In this document: positions 19,175 to 28,451 of the stretch, in pieces
Layout: every line of letters begins with the position of its first letter
Numbering within the stretch: the stretch's first letter is position 1
Source of the DNA: an uncultured Planctomycetales bacterium
GTDB taxonomy: Bacteria; Omnitrophota; Gorgyraeia; Zapsychrales; JANLHA01
Direction: 5' to 3'
NCBI GenBank assembly: GCA_964450385.1
Contig: CAYVEC010000001.1
Coordinates: 97,104 to 161,103 of the forward strand
Length of the DNA: 64,000 bases
The notes under the pieces: generated by a model
Databases searched by the model: none
What the model was told of the DNA's origin: nothing
The model's input: the letters and a program-made list of their open reading frames with translations, nothing else
Program-made: the position numbers and the translations under genes

Positions 19175-19510
19175 ATGAGAAGGCATAAGGGCGGGAATAT
19201 TTATAAGAAAGTGCCTCGACCGAAGGATGCTGAGGTCGTTGAGACCCTGATAGACAGAGGCCATTTTACGATTGAACGGATCGTGTCGCGGGGGCACACG
19301 ACGCCTGAGGGTACGTGGCTTGTTTCCCCCCATGATGAATGGGTGATGGTGGTGAAGGGAGAAGGCCGTTTGGTATTTCGTGGTGACCCGTGCCCGGTTC
19401 CATTGCGGGCCGGGGATTATGTCTTTATTTCGGCGAGGCGGCGGCATCGCGTTGAATGGACGTCCCCGCGCCGCGCCACGCTGTGGCTCGCGATTTATGT
19501 GAAACGATAA
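19175..19510 (+). CDS. Cupin-domain protein
   Basis: 111-aa small beta-barrel-type sequence (...GHTTPEGTWLVSPHDEWVMVVKGEG...GDYVFI...HRVEW...). Generic cupin; no specific function inferred. Confidence 0.55.
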   Translation: MRRHKGGNIYKKVPRPKDAEVVETLIDRGHFTIERIVSRGHTTPEGTWLVSPHDEWVMVVKGEGRLVFRGDPCPVPLRAGDYVFISARRRHRVEWTSPRRATLWLAIYVKR

Positions 19511-19544
19511 CGGTCGGTGAGCGGGTGTTGCGGAAGGAGAGCTG

Positions 19545-19982
19545 ATGGACCCCTATTTGGAGGCGGCGATTGAGGAGGCCCGGAAGGGATTGGCTGAGGG
19601 AGGGATTCCCATTGGATCCGTGATCGTGCATCAGGGCCGGATCATCGGCCGCGGGCACAACCAACGGGTCCAGGATGAGAGCCCGATCCTCCACGCCGAG
19701 ATGGCCGCGTTAGCCGATGCCGGGCGCCTGACGGCCCGGGTCTACCGTGAGTGTATTCTTTATACCACCCTGTCGCCGTGTCCGATGTGCGCGGGTGCGA
19801 TCCGGCTCTACCGGATCCCACGCGTCGTCATCGGTGAGAACACGACCTTTATGGGTGATGAAGCAGCGCTGCGTGCGGCCGGGGTCACGGTTGAGGTGTG
19901 TCAGGATCCGGCGTGTGTGACTTTGATGAGGAATTTTATTGCGGCACGGCCCGAGGTTTGGGGAGAGGATATCGGCGAATAG
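19545..19982 (+). CDS. CMP/dCMP-type (CDA-fold) nucleoside/nucleobase deaminase family protein
   Basis: The zinc-binding H-A-E (..PILHAEMAAL..) and PCxxC (..SPCPMCAGA..) motifs of the cytidine/deoxycytidylate deaminase superfamily are present. Confidence 0.75.
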   Translation: MDPYLEAAIEEARKGLAEGGIPIGSVIVHQGRIIGRGHNQRVQDESPILHAEMAALADAGRLTARVYRECILYTTLSPCPMCAGAIRLYRIPRVVIGENTTFMGDEAALRAAGVTVEVCQDPACVTLMRNFIAARPEVWGEDIGE

Positions 19983-20120
19983 CCGGGTGTACGGCGAGGG
20001 TTGTGATCCTATTCCGTGTGTTGGGTTTGTAGAATTTGAATGCGCGGACGTGATAAATAATAAGATCAGCATGGCCTCTGGATCTGCAGAGGACCGCTGG
20101 TACGAAACCGAGGAGGGGAT

Positions 20121-21089
20121 ATGGGTTCTGCGAGTGAGATCACGGTTGCTGCGTTAAACACTAATGATTTTATCCGCGCGCAGGCGGCGGAGATCGCCGC
20201 GGCCGTCGGTGACGGGGTCGCGATCAACGCGCTCTCGGGCGGGGTGGATTCGTCGGTCGTGACGTTACTCGGGCACCGAGCCCTTGGCGAGCGGCTGCGG
20301 ACCGTGTTTATCGATAACGGCCTCATGCGGGCGGGCGAGCCGGAGATGATCGTAGATATTTTTAAAAAGCTTGGGGTGCGGGTCGAGGTCTTGGACGCCC
20401 GGGAGAAATTCTTTTCCGCCCTGCGCGGGGTCACGGATCCTGAGGAAAAACGCGAGGCGATTACCCAGACGTTTTATAAGGATGTCTTTGGAAAATTAGT
20501 GCGTGAGAGCGGGGCCCGGCATCTGCTTCAGGGGACGATCCTGACGGACATCGATGAGACCGTGGCCGGGATCAAACGACAACATAATGTTTTTGCTCAG
20601 CTTGGGATCGATCCACAGGCCGCGTTTGGATATAAGATCATCGAGCCCCTGGTTCGCCTCCGTAAGGACGGGGTCCGCAAGGTCGGCGAGGCCTTGGGCC
20701 TGCCGGCGGTGATCTATCAGCGGATGCCGTTTCCCGGGCCGGCCCTGGCCGCAAGGGTCATTGGTGAGGCGACACCCGAACGGATTGAGACCGTGCGCCG
20801 GGCTACCGTCATCCTTGAGGAAGAGCTCGCCGGGAGCCGGGCCTTTCAGCACCTCGCGATCCTGCATCAGGACCGGGTGACGGGCATGCGCTCCGGCCAG
20901 CGTGATTTTGGATGTCAGATCGAGGTACGCAGCTGGGACAGCGTGGATGCCCGGACCGCCGCACCGACCGAGATCCCGCATGCGCGGCTTATCCGGCTCG
21001 CAGACCGGATCTGCGCTGAGGTCCCGGGGGTGGTGAGCGTGACTTATAATATCGCGTCCAAACCGCCGTCAACCATGGAGGCGGTGTAA
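20121..21089 (+). CDS. guaA: GMP synthase, ATP-pyrophosphatase subunit (subunit B; split archaeal-type GuaA)
   Basis: PP-loop ..ALSGGVDSSVV.. followed by a collinear ATP-PPase domain and the characteristic C-terminus ..NIASKPPSTMEAV (dimerisation domain). 322 aa with no N-terminal glutamine amidotransferase domain. Confidence 0.75.
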   Translation: MGSASEITVAALNTNDFIRAQAAEIAAAVGDGVAINALSGGVDSSVVTLLGHRALGERLRTVFIDNGLMRAGEPEMIVDIFKKLGVRVEVLDAREKFFSALRGVTDPEEKREAITQTFYKDVFGKLVRESGARHLLQGTILTDIDETVAGIKRQHNVFAQLGIDPQAAFGYKIIEPLVRLRKDGVRKVGEALGLPAVIYQRMPFPGPALAARVIGEATPERIETVRRATVILEEELAGSRAFQHLAILHQDRVTGMRSGQRDFGCQIEVRSWDSVDARTAAPTEIPHARLIRLADRICAEVPGVVSVTYNIASKPPSTMEAV

Positions 21090-21104
21090 AAAAGTGACGA
21101 GAAA

Positions 21105-21146
21105 GTGACAGGCACTTTTTTGACCGGTGCCTGTCACTTTTTTATT
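21105..21146 (+). terminator. Rho-independent terminator (11-bp stem GTGACAGGCAC/GTGCCTGTCAC + T-tract)
   Basis: Perfect 11-bp inverted repeat at 21105-21115 and 21127-21137, followed by TTTTTTATT, 16 nt after the guaA(B) stop. Confidence 0.7.
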
Positions 21147-21220
21147 GCGGCAGGGGGGGTTGTCATGTAGAATATCCCCTATGTTTGACGGCATCATGGA
21201 TATAAAAAGGGGTTCTCTGT

Positions 21221-21254
21221 AGAGACGATCGCTCGAAGATGGTCTCTTTTTTTT
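21221..21254 (+). terminator. Second terminator-like hairpin (AGAGAC...GTCTCT) followed by 8 T
   Basis: 6-bp stem with a 15-nt loop, then an 8-nt T run at 21247-21254. It lies about 90 nt upstream of the DUF1846 gene start. Confidence 0.4.
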
Positions 21255-21345
21255 GAGTGGACAACGAAACGGCTGGGGGGACGTTCGGTTGGGTGTCATC
21301 AGGGCGCGCCCACGGCCGGTTCTCCGGATGAGGAAAGGGCGCGAC

Positions 21346-22863
21346 ATGGCACGAGCAACTGGGTTTGATAATGCCGAATACCTACGGCAGCAGTCCGAGG
21401 CGATCCTCGCCCGGGTCGAGAAATTCGATAATAAACTGTATTTGGAATTCGGGGGCAAGCTCCTCTTTGATTATCACGCCGCGCGGGTCCTTCCGGGCTT
21501 TGATCCGAATGTCAAGATGCGCCTCCTCCAACAGCTTCGCGACCGAGCTGATATTATCCTCTGCATTTACGCCGGAGACATCGAGCGCCGCAAGATGCGC
21601 GCGGATTTTGGGATCACGTATGACGCCGACGCCTTAAAATTGATCGAAGAGGTCAAGGATTGGGGACTCACCATCCGGGCGGTCGTGATCACCCGTTTTG
21701 ATAACCAGCCGTCCGTCAAGATCTTCAAGAATAAGCTTGAGCGCCAGGGCATCAAGGTCTATACCCATCGTTTTACGAAAGGGTATCCGACGGATATTGA
21801 TCTGATTGTTAGCGATCAGGGCTATGGGGCCAACGAATATATCGAGACGAAAAAAGACCTCGTGATCGTGACCGGCCCGGGCCCGGGGAGCGGCAAGCTC
21901 GCCACGTGCCTGAGCCAGATGTATCATGATTATCGTCAGGGCGTTAAGTCCGGGTATGCCAAATTCGAGACGTTCCCAATCTGGAATATCCCGCTCAAGC
22001 ATCCGGTGAACGTGGCCTATGAATCCGCGACCGCGGACATTAAAGACGTCAACATGATCGATCCGTTCCATCTTGAGGCCTACAACGAACGGGCGGTGAA
22101 CTATAATCGCGATGTCGAGGTCTTTCCGGTCCTGAAGCGGATCCTCGAAAAGATCACGGGCGGGGTCTCGATGTATCAGTCGCCCACGGATATGGGGGTC
22201 AACTGCGCCGGGTTCGCGATCGTCGACGACGCGGCGGTTCAGGAGGCCGCGCGCCAGGAGGTGATCCGGAGGTATTTTCGTTATGGATGCGAGTACATCA
22301 TGGGACTCGTTGAGCGGGAGACGGTCGAGCGGGCCGAGCTGATTATGAAGGAATTAGGGGTTACCCCCGAAGACCGCCGGGTTGTTCTTCCGGCCCGTCA
22401 GGCCGCGACCGAGGCCCGTGCTGCGAATAAGGGCAACGAAGGGGTTTTCTGTGGGGCCGCGATCGAATTAGCTGACGGCACGATCATCACGGGGAAGAAT
22501 TCGCCCCTGATGCATGCGGTCTCGAGCCTTGTATTGAACGCAGCCAAGCATCTCGCCGGGATCCCGGACAAACTTCATGTCCTGTCGCCGAATATCATCA
22601 GTTCGGTCAAAGATTTTAAGGAGAAGATTTTTCAGGCGAGGACTGTGAGTCTTGACCTTGACGAGGCCCTTATCGCGCTTGCGATCAGCGCGACGAATAA
22701 CGCAACCGCTCAGGCAGTGCTTGAGCGGCTCAACGACCTTCGCGGCTGTGAGGTGCATATGACCCATATCCCTACGCCTGGGGATGAGGCGGGGTTAAAG
22801 CGATTGGGGATCAATCTCACAACGGATCTAAATTTCTCAACATTTTCCACATATGCGGCGTGA
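21346..22863 (+). CDS. UPF0371/DUF1846 family protein
   Basis: ...FDNAEYLRQQSEAILARVEKFDNKLYLEFGGKLLFDYHAARVLPGFDPN... matches the conserved N-terminus of the DUF1846 family as I recall it. ATG at 21346 is preceded by aggaaagg; the listed ORF begins at an upstream in-frame start (21253). Confidence 0.65.
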   Translation: MARATGFDNAEYLRQQSEAILARVEKFDNKLYLEFGGKLLFDYHAARVLPGFDPNVKMRLLQQLRDRADIILCIYAGDIERRKMRADFGITYDADALKLIEEVKDWGLTIRAVVITRFDNQPSVKIFKNKLERQGIKVYTHRFTKGYPTDIDLIVSDQGYGANEYIETKKDLVIVTGPGPGSGKLATCLSQMYHDYRQGVKSGYAKFETFPIWNIPLKHPVNVAYESATADIKDVNMIDPFHLEAYNERAVNYNRDVEVFPVLKRILEKITGGVSMYQSPTDMGVNCAGFAIVDDAAVQEAARQEVIRRYFRYGCEYIMGLVERETVERAELIMKELGVTPEDRRVVLPARQAATEARAANKGNEGVFCGAAIELADGTIITGKNSPLMHAVSSLVLNAAKHLAGIPDKLHVLSPNIISSVKDFKEKIFQARTVSLDLDEALIALAISATNNATAQAVLERLNDLRGCEVHMTHIPTPGDEAGLKRLGINLTTDLNFSTFSTYAA

Positions 22864-22903
22864 CGGGTGTCACGGCCGTTAACGGATCATCAGGGGGAGG
22901 GGT

Positions 22904-25900
22904 ATGCCACGACGTAACGATATCCACAAGGTGCTTATTATCGGCTCGGGTCCGATCATTATCGGCCAGGCCTGTGAGTTTGATTATTCCGGGACCCAGG
23001 CCTGCCGCGCATTAAAGGAAGAGGGTTATGAGGTCGTGCTCGTTAATTCAAATCCGGCGACGATCATGACGGACCCAGAGACGGCGGACAAGACCTATAT
23101 TGAACCCCTGACGGTCGAGAGCGTGACGGCGATCATTGAGAGAGAGCGGCCTGACGCGATCCTGCCGAATCTCGGCGGGCAGACCGCGCTGAATCTGAGC
23201 GCCTCTCTTCATGCGAGCGGGGTGTTGAAGAAATATGGGGTCGAGATGATCGGTATCCGGGCCGATGTAATCGAGCGCGGTGAGGATCGGATTGCGTTTA
23301 AGGAGGCGATGAACCGCATCGGGGTGCCGATGCCGAAATCCGAGCCGTCGCATTCAGTCGAGGAGGCCGAGGCGATCGCTGAACGGATCGGGTATCCCGT
23401 AGTGCTTCGCCCGGCATATACCATGGGCGGTACCGGCGGCGGGATCGTTTATAATGTGGAGGATCTCCGCACGGTCGTGACTCGGGGGCTTGCGGCAAGC
23501 CTGGTCCACCAGGTCCTGGTTGAAGAATCTGTCATCGGCTGGGAGGAGCTGGAACTTGAGGTCGTGCGTGATGACAAGGGCCAGCGGATCACGGTGTGTT
23601 TTATCGAGAACATCGATCCCATGGGCGTTCATACAGGGGATAGTTTTTGTGTGGCCCCGATGCTCACGGTCCCGAAACCGTTGCAGGCGCGACTTCAGGA
23701 GATCTCCTACAAGATCGCCGACGCCATCGGGATCATCGGGGGATCGAACATCCAGCTGGCCCACAATCCGAAGGACGGCCGGATCGTGGTCATCGAGATC
23801 AATCCGCGGACCTCACGGTCGTCGGCCTTGGCCTCAAAGGCCACGGGATTCCCGATCGCGCGGATCTCAACGAAACTCGCAGCCGGATTCACGCTGGATG
23901 ATTTTCCTTATTGGAAAAAGGACACCCTCGACCAATACGAGCCGAGCGGGGATTACGTGGTCTCGAAATTCGCCCGTTGGGCCTTTGAGAAATTCCCCAA
24001 GGCCAAGGATGCCCTTGGCACCCAGATGCGCGCCGTGGGTGAGGCCATGAGCATCGGTAAGACCTTTCAAGAATCGTTTCAGAAGGTGGTCCGCTCGCTT
24101 GAGATCAAGCGCTACGGTCTCGGGATGGTCAAGAAATTTCAGGCGCTCTCCGTTGATGAGCTCCGTCAGCGGCTCGCTGTGCCGTCGAGCGAACGTTATT
24201 TTCTCATGTATGAGGCCCTGCGCAAGGGGATGAGCGTTGAGGCCCTGCACGAGCTCACCTTCGTTGGCCGGTGGTTCATTGAGCAGATGCGCGAGCTCGT
24301 TGTGTTTGAGGAGACCATGCGCGCCTCCGGCTGGGCCGGGTTTAAGGATAAGGATCTGGTCCGGGCCAAGGAGATGGGGTTCTCCGACCGGTATCTGGCG
24401 CTGGTTTTTGGGATCAAGGAAAAAGAGGTAAGGGACCGGCGGCTCAAGATCGGCAAGACCGCGCGCTATGAGGCGGTCCCCGTGAGCGGGGTAAAGGACG
24501 CGGCCTATTATTATTCAACGTATCATGACATGAAAGACGAGACGCCCGTCTCGTCGTGCGAGAAGATCATGATCCTCGGCGGAGGGCCGAACCGGATCGG
24601 GCAGGGGATCGAATTCGATTATACCTGTGTCCATGCGGCCTTCGCGATCCGCGATGAGGGGTATGAGTCGATCATGGTGAATTGCAATCCCGAGACCGTC
24701 TCAACGGATTATGACACGTCGAACAAACTCTATTTTGAGCCGTTGACGGTCGAGGATGTCTTAAATATTTATCATAAGGAAAAACCCAAGGGTGTCATTG
24801 TTCAGTTCGGCGGTCAGACGCCGCTCATGATCGCGCAGGAGCTCAAGGATAATGGGGTTCCGATCCTCGGGACCACACCGGAGAATATCCATTTTGCCGA
24901 GGATCGTGAACGGTTCCGTGAAAAAATGATCGAACTCGGCATCCCGCAGCCCGAGAGTGACACGGCGCGTTCGCTTGAGGAGGCGATCGCGATCGCTCGT
25001 CGGATCGGCTATCCCCTGATGGTGCGGCCGTCCTATGTCCTCGGCGGACGGGGTATGGAAGTCATTTACGATGAGGAGGCCCTCACCCGGTACGCCCTTG
25101 AGGCGATTGATGTGAGTCCGGAGCATCCAATGCTGATCGACCGTTTTCTTGATGACGCGGTCGAGACCGAGGTTGATGCCTTATCGGACGGATGCGACGT
25201 TTTTGTCGCGTCGGTGATGGAACATATCGAGCTTGCGGGGGTGCATTCGGGGGATTCGGCCTGTTCACTGCCGAGCCGGAGTCTCTCCAAGAAACATCTG
25301 GCCACGATCGAGGACTATACCAGGAAAATTGCGAAGGCACTGAAGGTCGTGGGGCTGATGAACATTCAGTTCGCGATCTGTCAGGATACGGTGTATATTC
25401 TCGAGGCGAATCCGCGGGCCTCACGCACGGTCCCGATCGTCTCCAAGATGGCCGGGATCTCACTGGCGCGGATCGCGACCCAGGTCATGCTCGGCAAGTC
25501 CCTCAAGGATTTTCCCGAGCTTGCGGTCAAGAAGATTCCTTATGTTGGCGTCAAGGAGGCGGTCTTTCCTTTTAATATGTTTCCTGAGGTTGATCCGCTC
25601 CTAGGCCCGGAGATGCGGGCGACCGGAGAGGTGATGGGAATCGCGGATTCATTCGGGCTGGCCTTTTATAAGGCCCAGGAGGCCGCTGGATATCATCTGC
25701 CCTTGAAGGGGAATATCCTGTTAAGTGTTGCCGAGAAAGACCGAAAAAAACTCCTGCCGATCGCGCGGCGTTTTGCCGCGATCGGATTTACCATCTACGC
25801 CACGGAGGGGACCTCGCGCTTTCTGCAGGGACACGGGATCGAGAACGCCATGATTAAAAAACTCCACGAAGGCCGGCCGAATATCGCGGATGCCTTGAAG

Positions 25901-26104
25901 AACGGGGAACTGCATCTGATTGTGAATACGCCTATCGGGAAAGGCGGTCGCGACGACAGTTATATCCGCATGGCCGCGATCCAGCGGAAGATCCCCTATG
26001 TGACATCCATGGCGGCGGCTGAGGCCACGGCGGCGGGGATTGAAGAGATGATCCGGGCCACGGACCATATCCGGTCGCTTCAGGAATATCACGATCTTCT
26101 TTAG
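22904..26104 (+). CDS. carB: Carbamoyl-phosphate synthase large subunit
   Basis: 1066 aa with duplicated ATP-grasp halves (...VLIIGSGPIIIGQACEFDYSGTQA... and ...IMILGGGPNRIGQGIEFDYTCVHA...) and a C-terminal MGS-like domain. Confidence 0.95.
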   Translation: MPRRNDIHKVLIIGSGPIIIGQACEFDYSGTQACRALKEEGYEVVLVNSNPATIMTDPETADKTYIEPLTVESVTAIIERERPDAILPNLGGQTALNLSASLHASGVLKKYGVEMIGIRADVIERGEDRIAFKEAMNRIGVPMPKSEPSHSVEEAEAIAERIGYPVVLRPAYTMGGTGGGIVYNVEDLRTVVTRGLAASLVHQVLVEESVIGWEELELEVVRDDKGQRITVCFIENIDPMGVHTGDSFCVAPMLTVPKPLQARLQEISYKIADAIGIIGGSNIQLAHNPKDGRIVVIEINPRTSRSSALASKATGFPIARISTKLAAGFTLDDFPYWKKDTLDQYEPSGDYVVSKFARWAFEKFPKAKDALGTQMRAVGEAMSIGKTFQESFQKVVRSLEIKRYGLGMVKKFQALSVDELRQRLAVPSSERYFLMYEALRKGMSVEALHELTFVGRWFIEQMRELVVFEETMRASGWAGFKDKDLVRAKEMGFSDRYLALVFGIKEKEVRDRRLKIGKTARYEAVPVSGVKDAAYYYSTYHDMKDETPVSSCEKIMILGGGPNRIGQGIEFDYTCVHAAFAIRDEGYESIMVNCNPETVSTDYDTSNKLYFEPLTVEDVLNIYHKEKPKGVIVQFGGQTPLMIAQELKDNGVPILGTTPENIHFAEDRERFREKMIELGIPQPESDTARSLEEAIAIARRIGYPLMVRPSYVLGGRGMEVIYDEEALTRYALEAIDVSPEHPMLIDRFLDDAVETEVDALSDGCDVFVASVMEHIELAGVHSGDSACSLPSRSLSKKHLATIEDYTRKIAKALKVVGLMNIQFAICQDTVYILEANPRASRTVPIVSKMAGISLARIATQVMLGKSLKDFPELAVKKIPYVGVKEAVFPFNMFPEVDPLLGPEMRATGEVMGIADSFGLAFYKAQEAAGYHLPLKGNILLSVAEKDRKKLLPIARRFAAIGFTIYATEGTSRFLQGHGIENAMIKKLHEGRPNIADALKNGELHLIVNTPIGKGGRDDSYIRMAAIQRKIPYVTSMAAAEATAAGIEEMIRATDHIRSLQEYHDLL

Positions 26105-26151
26105 AGGCGGGGTGACGCGGATTAACGCTTTAGAACAAAAGGACACAATGT

Positions 26152-27573
26152 ATGAGCGGAGTCGTTGGGGTTGTCTCGTCGGAACAGTGCGCGCGTACCT
26201 TGTTCTATGGGATCGATTATCATTCGCATCTGGGGACCCAGTTCGGCGGCATGGCCGTGCTCGGGACGGAGTTCAGGCGGCAGATCCACAACATCACCCG
26301 GACCCAGTTTAAGTCGAAATTCTATGATGATTATCACCATATGCAGGGTCACGCCGGGATCGGGGTCATCAGCGATCATGATGAGCAGCCGATGTACCTT
26401 GATTCGCGCTTTGGGCCGTTCTGTATCGTGACGACGGGGTTGATCACGAATAAGGCCGCCTTAAAAGAGAGGCTTTTTGAACGCGGGATCTCGTTCAGCG
26501 AGGTGAGCCGTGATCAGGTCAACGCCACGGAACTCGTCGCCAAGCTCATTAGTCTTGGAGACAATTTGATCGACGGCATCGAGCGGATGTTCGACCTGAT
26601 CGAGGGGTCGTGTTCACTTCTGCTCTTGACACGCGAAGGGATCTATGCCGCGCGGGACCGGCGGGGGTATACCCCTCTTGTCATCGGGAAAAACGGCGCG
26701 GATTGGATGGTTGTTTCTGAGAGCTGCGCTCTGCCGAATCTCGGGTTCTCTATTTTTTCGTATCTGAAACCCGGAGAGATCGTGCGGATCAATGAGCAGG
26801 GCCTTCACACGGAGCGGCCTGGGCGGCCTGTTAATCAGGTCTGCGCCTTTCTCTGGATCTATACGGGTTTCCCGGCGTCGCACTATCAGGGGATCAATGT
26901 GGAGACGGCGCGCGAGCGCTGTGGCGCGGCCCTGGCCCGTCATGACCATGATATTAAGGCGGATTTTGTCTGCGGGATCCCGGACTCCGGGATTGCCCAC
27001 GCGATCGGATATGCCATGGAATCGCGGAAGCCCTATCGTCGGCCTTTTGTGAAATACACCCCCGGATATGGACGAAGCTATACCCCGCCCGAACAGGTGA
27101 CCCGGGATTTTATCGCTACGATGAAGCTCATTCCGATCGCGGATATCATTAAGGGTGCCCGGATCGTGGTCTGCGAGGATTCGATCGTGCGCGGGACCCA
27201 GTTGAAGAATTTAGCCGTGACCAAATTGTGGAATGCCGGCGCAAAGGAAGTCCACGCGCGCGCGGCGTGTCCGCCGCTCATGTTCCCGTGCCGATACTGT
27301 TTGTCCACGCGTACGACGCGAGAACTCGCCGCCCGGCGGGCGATCAAGGCCATCGAGGGGCATGATCCGGAGGATGTCTCGGCCTATCTTGATCCGTCAA
27401 CGAAAGAATATCAGCGGATGGTTGAATGGATCGCCAAAGACCTCGGGGTCACGACCCTGCGGTATCAGACGATGGACGAGATGATCCAGGCCATCGGCCT
27501 GCCGCGCGATCAGATGTGTCTTTACTGCTGGACCGGCCAGTGCCCGGGGAAATCGGGCGAGAGCCGATCGTGA
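26152..27573 (+). CDS. Amidophosphoribosyltransferase (PurF)-like protein with degenerate glutaminase active site
   Basis: Collinear with PurF. The N-terminal Ntn domain reads MSGVVGVV... where PurF has MCGIVGI, and HRGQD and HNGN are replaced by HLGTQ and TTGL. The C-terminal type-I PRTase domain has an intact PRPP motif ..VVCEDSIVRGTQ.. and a Cys cluster (ACPPLMFPCRYC). Confidence 0.75.
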   Translation: MSGVVGVVSSEQCARTLFYGIDYHSHLGTQFGGMAVLGTEFRRQIHNITRTQFKSKFYDDYHHMQGHAGIGVISDHDEQPMYLDSRFGPFCIVTTGLITNKAALKERLFERGISFSEVSRDQVNATELVAKLISLGDNLIDGIERMFDLIEGSCSLLLLTREGIYAARDRRGYTPLVIGKNGADWMVVSESCALPNLGFSIFSYLKPGEIVRINEQGLHTERPGRPVNQVCAFLWIYTGFPASHYQGINVETARERCGAALARHDHDIKADFVCGIPDSGIAHAIGYAMESRKPYRRPFVKYTPGYGRSYTPPEQVTRDFIATMKLIPIADIIKGARIVVCEDSIVRGTQLKNLAVTKLWNAGAKEVHARAACPPLMFPCRYCLSTRTTRELAARRAIKAIEGHDPEDVSAYLDPSTKEYQRMVEWIAKDLGVTTLRYQTMDEMIQAIGLPRDQMCLYCWTGQCPGKSGESRS

Positions 27574-28319
27574 TTCCCCTCAGGCCGTCACGAGACCCTG
27601 TCGGTGCCGGTGAGATCTCGGCCCGGTGGGGGTTCCCGCTGCGGCCACCGCAGCCTGATGACGCCTTTGTCCTCGATATCATCGATGATCGTTTGACGCT
27701 TTTGATGACAGGTGATGCGAAGTTTGGCGGTCTTACGGTTGATTTTGTGACCGGTGCGGCGCTCTTCCGCCGACGCTGGGCGCAGGGCCGTGAGGCCGTC
27801 GCCCATGCCGTTGGACTTAAGAAAGGGTTCCGCCCGACTGTGGTTGATGCGACCGCGGGGCTCGGCCGTGACGCCTTTGTTCTGGCGTCCTTGGGGTGCC
27901 GGGTCCATATGATCGAGCGCTCGCCCGTCGTTGCCGCCCTTCTTGATGATGGTCTCCGCCGGGCCGGCCAAGACCCCGAGATCGGGGGCTGGGTCAGGGA
28001 GCGGCTCTCGCTCATCCATGTCGATAGTCTTCAAGGATTGGGGGGGCTTTTATTTCAGCCGGACGTCGTTTATTTAGATCCCATGTTTCCAGAGCGGCGG
28101 AAAACGGCCCTTGTTAAAAAAGAGATGCGGCTTTTGCAGACCCTCCTGGGAGATGACGGTGATTCTGATGCCCTGCTGCTTCTGGCCCTTAAAATAGCAG
28201 GCCGCCGGGTGGTGGTCAAACGTCCGCGATCCGCGGGGCCTTTAGGCGGCCGGGTTCCGGAGGCGGCGCTCACGACTGGTCGGCATCGGTTTGATCTATA
28301 TCGCCCTTTTGTTGCCTGA
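27570..28319 (+). CDS. rsmJ: 16S rRNA (guanine1516-N2)-methyltransferase RsmJ
   Basis: Near-identical motifs to E. coli RsmJ: ...VVDATAGLGRDAFVLASLGCRV.MIER.PVVAALLDDGL..., ...VVYLDPMFP...KTALVKKEMR... and ...VVVKRP.... The GTG start at 27570 overlaps the PurF-like stop (gTGA). Confidence 0.85.
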   Translation: MIPLRPSRDPVGAGEISARWGFPLRPPQPDDAFVLDIIDDRLTLLMTGDAKFGGLTVDFVTGAALFRRRWAQGREAVAHAVGLKKGFRPTVVDATAGLGRDAFVLASLGCRVHMIERSPVVAALLDDGLRRAGQDPEIGGWVRERLSLIHVDSLQGLGGLLFQPDVVYLDPMFPERRKTALVKKEMRLLQTLLGDDGDSDALLLLALKIAGRRVVVKRPRSAGPLGGRVPEAALTTGRHRFDLYRPFVA

Positions 28320-28351
28320 ATCTGCGATTTTTCCGTCCAAAAAATTTTTAA

Positions 28352-28379
28352 TTTACATATTATTGTTCTATGCTAGAAT
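28352..28379 (+). promoter_or_regulatory. Sigma70-like promoter candidate (TTTACA-16-TAGAAT) upstream of ilvC
   Basis: Hexamers at 28352-28357 and 28374-28379 in a 130-bp AT-rich spacer, followed by the palindromes AAACGCGTTT (28410-28419) and AAACGTTT. Confidence 0.35.
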
Positions 28380-28451
28380 ACATTTCAAATTTGTGGCAAA
28401 AAACAAATAAAACGCGTTTAAATTCAAACGTTTTTAAAGGAAGGAAGGACA

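Noticed and set aside
26112-26312. Alternative-frame ORF (MTRINALEQKDTMYERSRWGCLVG...) as the possible true start of the PurF-like gene providing an N-terminal Cys
   Set aside because: It is in a different frame and has no PurF similarity. The in-frame Cys codon before the ATG has no upstream start.
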